Source of the DNA: a virus | Lineage: Duplodnaviria > Caudoviricetes | Length of the DNA: 41,900 bases | Virus record (IMG/VR): IMGVR_UViG_3300037461_000072 | Coordinates: 1 to 41,900 of that record | Direction: 5' to 3' (one strand) | In this document: piece by piece, positions 34,528 to 41,900 of the stretch | Layout: each line of letters starts with the position of its first letter | How positions within the stretch are numbered: position 1 is the stretch's first letter | Translations under genes and position numbers: made by a program | Notes under the pieces: generated by a model | What the model was told of the DNA's origin: nothing | Database searches by the model: none | The model's input: only the letters and a program-made list of their open reading frames with translations

Positions 34528-34857
34528 TTAACCTAACGCTACCCAGTAAACCTGTTCGGAGGTCACATTCATGTCTGTATCAAGACCGAATGTAAAACCC
34601 CTATCCCCTACCGTAAGACCCAAAGACGTTGTCGCTGCACCAGTACCAGCAGCCACTCTCTTATAAGAGTGAGCAGCAGTCATTCCTTCTATCCAGCACG
34701 ATTCGTCACCGGAGGTCGTATTGATAACCCTAATATATCTTGGCTTGAATCCAAGATCTTCATAGGTATATGCAGCAACAGTTCCAGTATCTAGGTAAGT
34801 TCCTGTAGCCATTCTCACTACATTCAATGGCTCTTTAGTTACTATAGTTTGTGCCAT
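34528..34857 (-). CDS. Putative capsid decoration protein
   Basis: LGFKPRYIRV motif; directly after the major capsid gene. Confidence 0.6.
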   Translation of the reverse strand: MAQTIVTKEPLNVVRMATGTYLDTGTVAAYTYEDLGFKPRYIRVINTTSGDESCWIEGMTAAHSYKRVAAGTGAATTSLGLTVGDRGFTFGLDTDMNVTSEQVYWVALG

Positions 34858-34888
34858 GTCATTTTTCCTTTAACTTAATTAAATACTA

Positions 34889-35857
34889 TTAAGCAGATAC
34901 TCCGTGTCTCACTACGACTAAGAAGTTCTGATTTAGAATCTTACCGACAAAAGTAAGTTTCCAACCACTCGTTGATCTCTGATTTAATGGATCAGCAGTT
35001 CCAGCTGAACCTAGAGGCTTAACGATATTCTTTAGCGTTTCTCCTGAAATTCTAGTCATAGCATAAGCGTTCTGACCGAAGATCAAAGTATAGTGGACAT
35101 CTACCGAACCAGCTCCAGCACCAGTATTCACATAAGCGTTGGAGGACATGATGAATCTCACATTAGCTAAAGATCCTATTTCATCTTCCATTACGGTTGA
35201 TTTGTTAGGATACTTCTCTACTGGAATCCAGCCCGTAGCATCGTCAAGATCGTAAGCGGTATCTTCTGAACAAATACCGATAAACGACTTACCAACGGGA
35301 ACTGTATTATACCCAGTCGAGGGGTCGATCATAGAAGTAACGGGTTTGGCGTTATTTCCTCTTAGGGTTCTAACAGCTTCTTTCACTTCGTTTCTATCCA
35401 GTACCATTGCAGCAGTGATATCAGTATTAGCTGCAGCCGTTGAAGCGTATTGAATAGAAGTACCAGCAGCTAAGACGGTTCTCATAAGCTGGTCAATCGA
35501 ATCTCCTGCTTGATCTCCTAAAATTTCTGCAGTCTCAGTCAATATAGGATCATAAGTTTCCATCTCTACCTTGTCGGTAAGGGTTACATAGTCTCCGTAT
35601 TGAAGGGCTGTAGCAGTTACATCAGTCACACTAAGAGCTGTACCGGCAGGAGTTACTCCCTCGGTAAGTGCTGTAGTATTGGCTGTTAAGTTTCCGTATA
35701 CTCTAAACTTTATTACGTTAGTTCCAGAGTTTCTTGGGATGTCTCTAACTTGTGCAAATCTCGTATGCACGAAAGCTGGGACTGCTCTGTCAAGAAGCAC
35801 CCTATCGTAGAAGTTATTAACCTCTATAGGGATCTCTGTTCGAGTTGTCATCGCCAT
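34889..35857 (-). CDS. Major capsid protein, N4-gp56 family
   Basis: FYDRVLL, LTEGVTP, LQYG, EIG....RF and GSAGTADPLNQRST.GWK. Confidence 0.93.
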   Translation of the reverse strand: MAMTTRTEIPIEVNNFYDRVLLDRAVPAFVHTRFAQVRDIPRNSGTNVIKFRVYGNLTANTTALTEGVTPAGTALSVTDVTATALQYGDYVTLTDKVEMETYDPILTETAEILGDQAGDSIDQLMRTVLAAGTSIQYASTAAANTDITAAMVLDRNEVKEAVRTLRGNNAKPVTSMIDPSTGYNTVPVGKSFIGICSEDTAYDLDDATGWIPVEKYPNKSTVMEDEIGSLANVRFIMSSNAYVNTGAGAGSVDVHYTLIFGQNAYAMTRISGETLKNIVKPLGSAGTADPLNQRSTSGWKLTFVGKILNQNFLVVVRHGVSA

Positions 35858-35903
35858 TGTTTATAGCCTTTCTAAATTCTAAATAAATAATTACCCATAT
35901 AAC

Positions 35904-35933
35904 AAAAAAGACGCACCCTTATCGGGTACGTCT
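35904..35933 (-). terminator. Intrinsic terminator in the capsid gene leader
   Basis: AGACGUACCC-GAUAA-GGGUGCGUCU followed by UUUUU. Confidence 0.8.
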
Positions 35934-35962
35934 CGGTTTTTCCGTTATACGTTTATGTGTAT

Positions 35963-35992
35963 ATTCTAGACTAACACAACAGCGTATGTCAA
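35963..35992 (-). promoter_or_regulatory. Sigma70 promoter upstream of the major capsid gene
   Basis: TTGACA-18-TAGAAT. Confidence 0.75.
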
Positions 35993-35993
35993 T

Positions 35994-36560
35994 TTATAAT
36001 ACTTCTGATAGAGGTTTTCCGGTTCTAGGGTCTACCCTGTCTATCGATATGTTTCCACCAGCCTCTAACGTCTGCTGTTGAGATTCTGATATAACCTCTG
36101 CTATCTGTCTTCTCACCGGAACATATCTGCCTTTTGGAATCATAGTTTTGAAACCATTTAGTGTCACGGTCTCGATAGCTCCGGAGATATGCACTTGATA
36201 TTTTCTACCGTCTTTTCCAACTCTTTCCTCTACCACTCCTACTTTTTCTGTAGGTTCTAGGGGGATTAGTATGCTCACAAACTCTTGTTGTTCCAAATGA
36301 TCCTGCATCCTCTTAGCCTTATCTAACCACCTTCTGTTTATCTCTCTATCCTCTACTGGATTAGGAGCTTCTTCTAGAGTTGCTACCTTCTTTACCTCTT
36401 CCACCACTTCTGGTTCGGTTGCATCCTTAGCCAACATAGTATTGATAGTAGCTATAAGGGGAGCTTTGGTCTTAAATGTATCTACATCCTCTCTTGGCAT
36501 ACCTAGCTCTACTAATTTGTCCTTGAGTTGATTGACTGTTAATAGTTCAAGTTCGTTCAT
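35994..36560 (-). CDS. Head-module hypothetical protein with N-terminal HeH-like motif
   Basis: LTVNQLKDKL...TKAPLI; VTLNG...IPKG..V.V. Confidence 0.65.
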   Translation of the reverse strand: MNELELLTVNQLKDKLVELGMPREDVDTFKTKAPLIATINTMLAKDATEPEVVEEVKKVATLEEAPNPVEDREINRRWLDKAKRMQDHLEQQEFVSILIPLEPTEKVGVVEERVGKDGRKYQVHISGAIETVTLNGFKTMIPKGRYVPVRRQIAEVISESQQQTLEAGGNISIDRVDPRTGKPLSEVL

Positions 36561-36580
36561 AATATCCTTTCAATAAATAA

Positions 36581-37174
36581 TTAAAGGTTTTGACCCAATA
36601 TCTTTCTCTTTAATGCTTCCACCTCATTTTTAGGAGCTTTTCCCCAGTTTACTTGGCTACCTTCACCCTTTCTAACTGTATCTCCTCCGGTCTTTGTAGC
36701 ATCAGCCTTAGCTTGAGCCTCTCTTTCCTTCTTAGCACCCAGTTTTACCAAGTCTCCGGAAGCCACCATAGCTGCAATATTCTTTACCGGAATGTTGCTA
36801 TAAACCGGATGCTGCAAGTATTTCAAAATAACCGGCTTGTACTTTGTAAACTCGGGTTTCTGTTGCACGAAAGCATCTACCTCTAATCTGTCCTGAGTCT
36901 CCTGTAGCTGTTTTTTAACTGCTGCAGTCTGTTTCTCGACAATAGTACCTATAGTCTTTATATCGTCTGGGTCAATGTCTTCTCCGTAGTCTATCTTCTC
37001 ATCCCCACCCTTAGATCTAGTTTCTACGTCTACCTTATCTAAGTCAATCTCCTCCTCTTCTTCAGTCTCTACTTCTTTTTGCTCTACTTCAGAAGTATTC
37101 TCTGCATTATTTTCTTCCCCCACCTGAGAATTTTCGGTGTTTAATACAACATCTTCTTGAATGATATCCGCCAT
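36581..37174 (-). CDS. Capsid scaffolding protein
   Basis: Acidic N-terminus, helical; between portal and capsid genes. Confidence 0.65.
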   Translation of the reverse strand: MADIIQEDVVLNTENSQVGEENNAENTSEVEQKEVETEEEEEIDLDKVDVETRSKGGDEKIDYGEDIDPDDIKTIGTIVEKQTAAVKKQLQETQDRLEVDAFVQQKPEFTKYKPVILKYLQHPVYSNIPVKNIAAMVASGDLVKLGAKKEREAQAKADATKTGGDTVRKGEGSQVNWGKAPKNEVEALKRKILGQNL

Positions 37175-37208
37175 CGGTTACTCCTTTATAAAAACTTAAT
37201 ATAACAAC

Positions 37209-37237
37209 AGTTTAGATAGTGATTAGATAATTGTCAA
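37209..37237 (-). promoter_or_regulatory. Sigma70 promoter
   Basis: TTGACA-17-TAAACT. Confidence 0.75.
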
Positions 37238-37560
37238 TTATCTTTTCTATTCTTCTTGAGGGATTCGATGGTGTGGTATGGGTCTGAGGTCTCAATAAAC
37301 GGTACAGGTTCTTCAAACTTCTTAATCCAAAAGTCTGGAGTATCTATCACTTCTTTATACGCTTTCAGTTTGTCTCTTCTTCTATCTATATTATCTTTAG
37401 TTTCGTTCTCTACACCGTTTATAATCTGCTCCTGCAGTATTTCCATATTAGCTCTAACTATTTCCTCTAGAATCTGCCATCCGGCATTTTCCTTTAGGTT
37501 TTTGAAACTAGCCAAAGCGTGTTCTATTTTATCTGGTGTATCAAAAAGATCTGCTTTCAT
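37234..37560 (-). CDS. Small helical protein downstream of the portal
   Basis: L....GWQIL motif; position typical of podoviral head modules. Confidence 0.65.
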   Translation of the reverse strand: MKADLFDTPDKIEHALASFKNLKENAGWQILEEIVRANMEILQEQIINGVENETKDNIDRRRDKLKAYKEVIDTPDFWIKKFEEPVPFIETSDPYHTIESLKKNRKDN

Positions 37561-37562
37561 AA

Positions 37563-39530
37563 TTACATTTGTCCGCTGGTCTGAGACGGTTTAATAGGAC
37601 TTGTCCCTATAGCAGTGGGAGTAGCAATAGGTTTCACCGGAGCTTGTCCGGACTGGAAGTTTGCCGCTGTAGCATCCATTGGGAACATCTCCGGATGAAC
37701 CTTTTTAATCGAAAGTGCTTTTTTATGTGTTTCTATATGAGCATATGTGGCATCTGTTTCCTTAGCCTTCATGTGTATCTCTAAATGTACGTTATGATCA
37801 TCCTCCGGTAGTACTGGAACTACCTTATCTTGATTTAATAATTCGTTCTGGTCTTCAGCAATTCTCTCATCTATCGTTGGTGGTAATAATCTGTCTATCC
37901 TATCCTTAGTCCATCCGGATAATCTTCCCAATTCTTTTAGTCCGTATCTAACATTAGCTGTAGGATCTCCAGCTACTAAGGATATATACTGAACCATCAT
38001 CTCTCTTTCCTCTAACTGTTTAGCTCTTGATAGCACTCTGGACTCGATCTTAATATCCGGAGAGATCTTAGCTACAATATCCTTTCTAGATAGAGGTCTC
38101 CACCTAGCTCCAAATGCACCAACTATTCTTAATATCTTCTCATCAATATCGGAAGCAAAATTCTCATCGTACATCGCATACCAGTGATACCAAAACTCCG
38201 CCTCACTCCACCCAAATATCTTAGCTGAAAGAGAATACCTAGTATCTACCTTAGAAGATATTAAATTGAGTTCTCCAAGAGTCCTCTGCTCCTCACTCAT
38301 TGCTCCCTGTTGTATCTCTGGGGTCGCTGTAGCCTTCTGAGCCGAAACATCCAAAGATGTGTATATAAAATCTAGCAGATTCATGTTCGGGGAAGCCTTG
38401 TTTATAGGTTGAATTGCTCCAGCCACACTTCCACCTTCCACAATATCTGCCGGTACAAACTTATTGAAATCAAAGTTTAGATCGTTTCTATTCCTGATCC
38501 TATTAGAGTCATAAACATACATCGGATATATATCGGCTTTCATAGCCTTCAAACCTAAGTTTTGAGCAACAGCCCTAGCTCTTTGTTTATCTTCAACTAA
38601 ATCCGGAATAGATACTCCATCCCAATCATGAGACGTTGGGTATAGTGGTCTGTCTACAATAGACCAAATAACCCTCTTTCCCTTTGTTCTTTTTATCTTC
38701 TCAAGTCCTACCACATTGGATCTGTCGTTAGTCAAAAACACTTTGTACTTCTCAGGCTTATTGTCACCGGAATCTTTGTATTGTGTATACCAGACTGTTA
38801 CATCATATTGTGAGTTATCCCCAAGCTCTTCCTCTCTATCAAGTCCGGCATATTCCCTACCCTGAGCCTCATCCCGTGCTTCGTTAGCATCTTTCAAAAT
38901 AGACTTATCCCCACCCTCGTAACTTATTTCGTCAAACTTTATTTTACCTTTGAAAAAACTGGGATGATCTAACATTTCCTGTTTGGTCATCTTCATTTCG
39001 TAACCACCAAACCTCATTGCTCCCCTACCTCTACTGTCTCCATTTACTGACTTGGCGTTGGGATCTCGTAAAAATAGCAAGGGATCTAACACTTGAGGTT
39101 GCGGTACAAATACGTTGTTAGCCGGATCTCTGTCATACTCTTCCATTGCCATTAAGCCACGACCAAAGAAACAGGTATCCCAATCCCAATCATAATCCAG
39201 CTGTGCTTTTCCCATTTCATCGTAATCAAATTCTGCCATTGCCGTTAGGTTCTCAGCAGTTTCTTCATCCCCCTCTTCTCTACCGTTGAACTCTGCATTT
39301 AATTTGTCAACATACAGTGAAGCTAGTACCGTCTGCATGATAGTAAATAGGGTAGTATCTCCTACAGCCGACTTATCTCTTTTCTGATTATTGTAAAGTT
39401 GGAGTCTTAGTTCCCACTCATCTTTTTTATCTTTTTGATGTTTCCACGCTACCTCATACTCATTCTTACACTGATCAGCCAATGCCTTATAACCTGTCTC
39501 GAATTGTACTTTTTCTTGCTCTGTAGGCAT
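37563..39530 (-). CDS. Portal protein (P22-like)
   Basis: 655 aa, downstream of terL; GREEGDEE.AE, DGVSIPDLVEDKQ, TATPEIQQG...RTLGE and DDHNVHLEIH. Confidence 0.85.
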   Translation of the reverse strand: MPTEQEKVQFETGYKALADQCKNEYEVAWKHQKDKKDEWELRLQLYNNQKRDKSAVGDTTLFTIMQTVLASLYVDKLNAEFNGREEGDEETAENLTAMAEFDYDEMGKAQLDYDWDWDTCFFGRGLMAMEEYDRDPANNVFVPQPQVLDPLLFLRDPNAKSVNGDSRGRGAMRFGGYEMKMTKQEMLDHPSFFKGKIKFDEISYEGGDKSILKDANEARDEAQGREYAGLDREEELGDNSQYDVTVWYTQYKDSGDNKPEKYKVFLTNDRSNVVGLEKIKRTKGKRVIWSIVDRPLYPTSHDWDGVSIPDLVEDKQRARAVAQNLGLKAMKADIYPMYVYDSNRIRNRNDLNFDFNKFVPADIVEGGSVAGAIQPINKASPNMNLLDFIYTSLDVSAQKATATPEIQQGAMSEEQRTLGELNLISSKVDTRYSLSAKIFGWSEAEFWYHWYAMYDENFASDIDEKILRIVGAFGARWRPLSRKDIVAKISPDIKIESRVLSRAKQLEEREMMVQYISLVAGDPTANVRYGLKELGRLSGWTKDRIDRLLPPTIDERIAEDQNELLNQDKVVPVLPEDDHNVHLEIHMKAKETDATYAHIETHKKALSIKKVHPEMFPMDATAANFQSGQAPVKPIATPTAIGTSPIKPSQTSGQM

Positions 39531-39531
39531 A

Positions 39532-39936
39532 TTATTTCCTTTTGCTATAATTCCCTCTCAAGGTCTTAACTACAGCATCTTTATCACCCTTTCCCTCAAC
39601 TTTATCTCTATTTTTTTCAAATAACTCTATGCTTTTTTCGGTCTCATCATCTACTTTTATCCCCAGTAAAGTGTCCAATGTGGCTTCTGCTCCGGCATAA
39701 ACTAATGCCGAACACTGTTGTATCTCGTCTTCTGTAAGTTTCTTCTTCTTTCCTGATGGTGTAATTATAATATAACCGGAGTATATCTCGCCATTGTATT
39801 CTGTTAAGTACTCGAAATAGTCTTTACCTATCATCCGTATATAAATCATGTGGCTGTTGTATAAAACAGCCTTCAGTATCCTAACCCTGCCGACTGTTTC
39901 CTTATGTGTTATCTGTAGTTGTTCTTCTTTCATCAC
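39532..39936 (-). CDS. Hypothetical protein
   Basis: Overlap-coupled ORF. Confidence 0.65.
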   Translation of the reverse strand: MMKEEQLQITHKETVGRVRILKAVLYNSHMIYIRMIGKDYFEYLTEYNGEIYSGYIIITPSGKKKKLTEDEIQQCSALVYAGAEATLDTLLGIKVDDETEKSIELFEKNRDKVEGKGDKDAVVKTLRGNYSKRK

Positions 39937-40586
39937 GCTATATTGGTATGTTCATACCATAAAACCTCAACTTTAGTCTTCGCATTATCCGCATCCGGAG
40001 TAAACTTCAGGAAGTAGTCCTCATTCTGTTTAAGAATCAGCTCTACCGATGCCCTAGATTCGCTACCAGCTCTTTGTGGAGCGTTAGTGCCACTCCCCGT
40101 TCTCCATACCTTTATCTGTGTACCATCAGCTGTTGATGTCGCATCGTAGGCTATAACAAGAGTAGCTGCTGTTTCCGAGTTCCTATCATTATTAAATGTC
40201 GTTGCTGTAGTTCCGGCTGCATTTACTGTTGGGTTTTCGAATAACTGCCAAGTACCAAAGCCTTCTGAATACAACACAAACTGAATATGCGCCCATTTAG
40301 TAGTGTTTGGTGTAGTTAGTCTGTAATACTTTGGCGATGCAGTATCAACGTCACTATCATAATCATAATAAATAAAATGACTACCGGCATGAACTTCGTG
40401 ATGTTCATACTCAATAGTCTGGATAGTGTTTGTAGCTTTGTCTAACCTCAGCGGTTGGTAAGTTGAATCGGAGCTTCTAAAACCCTTCATGTTAGCTGTT
40501 ACGGGACAGGGATGATCCGGTTCTGTATCCTGCCAAGACTCCGGATTAGCATTATCCTTCCATTGTAGTCTAGCTTTTTCAGCCAT
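39933..40586 (-). CDS. Hypothetical beta-rich protein, possibly virion-associated
   Basis: EHHEVHAGSHF...ELILKQNEDY; Thr/Ala-rich. Confidence 0.65.
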   Translation of the reverse strand: MAEKARLQWKDNANPESWQDTEPDHPCPVTANMKGFRSSDSTYQPLRLDKATNTIQTIEYEHHEVHAGSHFIYYDYDSDVDTASPKYYRLTTPNTTKWAHIQFVLYSEGFGTWQLFENPTVNAAGTTATTFNNDRNSETAATLVIAYDATSTADGTQIKVWRTGSGTNAPQRAGSESRASVELILKQNEDYFLKFTPDADNAKTKVEVLWYEHTNIA

Positions 40587-40892
40587 TTAGTATTCTCCGG
40601 ACTTTACCTTCGTTACTACGTTCTTGAAATCTTCTTTTTCAATAGTAGTCGCATCTACCGGCTTGTCCCCCAATGCTCGGATACTCATAACTTGAAAGTC
40701 CCCCTCAACCTTCGGTCTGTCGTTATATGCATCGAGATCTTTCCTGTTTCTCAGTCCAACCATCTCTACTTTCATTACGAGGTAATATTTTCCCCCGACT
40801 TGCCATTTCAGGATATCCGGAAGGTCTATCTGTCTTAGAGTGAACATCGGTAGTTCTCTATCTTCATGAATTAAAGCCTGTTCTGTATACAT
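40587..40892 (-). CDS. Hypothetical protein
   Basis: Operon packing. Confidence 0.65.
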   Translation of the reverse strand: MYTEQALIHEDRELPMFTLRQIDLPDILKWQVGGKYYLVMKVEMVGLRNRKDLDAYNDRPKVEGDFQVMSIRALGDKPVDATTIEKEDFKNVVTKVKSGEY

Positions 40893-40894
40893 AG

Positions 40895-41131
40895 TTATAT
40901 TATAGACTGTTCGTTTATAACTTCCAATGCTATAGTCACGCTGTCTGCTTTTCTATCCTTAGTCAACTCACTACTTATGGTCTCTGTTCTAACTATCTTA
41001 CGATTTACAAGATGAGTAGTTACAGATCCGTACCTAACATCCCTAATCTTTTGAATAAGTAACGCCTCATCTTTAGTTAGTAGTACCTTATATGTATCTT
41101 CCGGAGCATAGGGTTTGTAGCCATCGCTCAT
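40895..41131 (-). CDS. DUF2292/YezD-like small protein
   Basis: IRDVRYGSVTTH..N.KIVR.E pattern. Confidence 0.5.
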   Translation of the reverse strand: MSDGYKPYAPEDTYKVLLTKDEALLIQKIRDVRYGSVTTHLVNRKIVRTETISSELTKDRKADSVTIALEVINEQSII

Positions 41132-41900
41132 AATATTCCCCCATCCATACTATTGAAATCAGATGCGGACTTTCTGTAAGGGTCTTCGCTAATCTTTACA
41201 TGAGTCGCTTGTGGCAAGGATATTAACTCTCTATACCCTACAGCGAAAGTTCTAAACGCATCCGCTCCATGTGATGACCAGTCGTGTTCCGGTCTATTCT
41301 TGAACACCTGATTATCTTCATCCCATTCTTTGTGATAGCTTCGTAGTGCGGATAAACCCTTCTCGCATTTGTCTTTATCAAACCAACAACGACTTAAGAC
41401 ATTCCTAACTGCCTGTACCCCATCTTCTATGGCGAGGGCTTTACCCACCTCGAACACTATTCCCAAGCTCTTAGCAACCTCTAACCTACTCTTGCCAGTT
41501 CCAAGCTCTCTAACTGCAATATCATGTGGTGCGAAATGCCTACCGTACACATAATTCTTATCTCTTAGGTATTTGATGTAGTAGTTTATCCCTTCACCAC
41601 TGGATTCGTAATAATCTATAAAATGTATCTCTTGTCCGGCTACTTGAAAGCACCAAATAGTCGTTGAATCATCCATCCCAAGATCCCATGCGGTATGTAC
41701 TAATGCATTGGAGTCATAAGGAACACCGGATATCCTACCTTCTTTATCAGCGAGTAGAAGTTGATTAGCGTAATAAGATCCCTGAATAGGCACATCAAAG
41801 TTACACATATACTCTTGTTGATACAGTGCATCGTTCCCATCTTTCCTAAATATTTCGTCATACTCTTGGTTTAGAACTTCCGGAGAGATAGCCTTAGTCT
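41128..41900 (-). CDS. terL: Terminase large subunit, C-terminal nuclease half
   Basis: RNase H-like terminase motifs AWDLGMDDST, PHD and HDWSSHGADAFR. In frame with 1-740 after circularisation. Confidence 0.95.
   Translation of the reverse strand, partial: TKAISPEVLNQEYDEIFRKDGNDALYQQEYMCNFDVPIQGSYYANQLLLADKEGRISGVPYDSNALVHTAWDLGMDDSTTIWCFQVAGQEIHFIDYYESSGEGINYYIKYLRDKNYVYGRHFAPHDIAVRELGTGKSRLEVAKSLGIVFEVGKALAIEDGVQAVRNVLSRCWFDKDKCEKGLSALRSYHKEWDEDNQVFKNRPEHDWSSHGADAFRTFAVGYRELISLPQATHVKISEDPYRKSASDFNSMDGGIL
41735..41900. repeat. Terminal overlap, right copy
   Basis: 166-bp match to positions 1-166 with 2 mismatches. Confidence 0.97.

Noticed and set aside
1-41900. Integrase/att site, tRNA genes, introns or stop-codon reassignment
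   Set aside because: No recombinase motifs, cloverleafs or intron cores were seen. Genes pack tightly under the standard code, and the terL split is explained by circularity.

Overview
The window is an apparently complete ~41.7 kb circularly permuted dsDNA tailed-phage genome. Positions 1-166 repeat at 41735-41900 with 2 mismatches, and the terminase large subunit gene is split across this join. Almost all genes are on the minus strand. The late/structural block runs: TerS, TerL, P22-like portal, scaffold, N4-gp56-type major capsid, decoration proteins, adaptor, a glycosyltransferase cluster, a Ser/Pro-rich lectin-like fibre, tail nozzle, fibre, three probable ejection proteins (one a 1877-aa polyvalent protein) and a GH25 lysis cassette. 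The layout is podovirus-like, with no tape measure. A structured non-coding control region (~9860-10745) follows, then an early/accessory block: a cassette of tiny genes, HNH, ERF recombinase, Tad2-like protein, C5 methyltransferase and sulfotransferase. I recognised no integrase, repressor, DNA polymerase, primase, helicase, tRNA, CRISPR array or reverse transcriptase. Highlights: (1) two glycosyltransferases carry the DxH and WG..E....W..GG..H.FR motifs of eukaryotic polypeptide GalNAc-transferases and sit beside a mucin-like Ser/Pro-rich virion protein, a candidate phage mucin-type O-glycosylation system with methyl- and sulfo-tailoring enzymes; (2) an unannotated (W/R/G-Ser)n repeat peptide coupled to a small beta-barrel gene, the pair bounded by 14-bp direct repeats; (3) a multi-stem RNA/ssDNA element with a 7-bp loop-loop pairing, convergent promoters and terminators, in a genome with no visible replication genes; (4) widespread leaderless promoters and two 8-aa leader ORFs; (5) strong CCGG enrichment. 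All family assignments are from motif recognition by eye, not database searches. The host is not determined.
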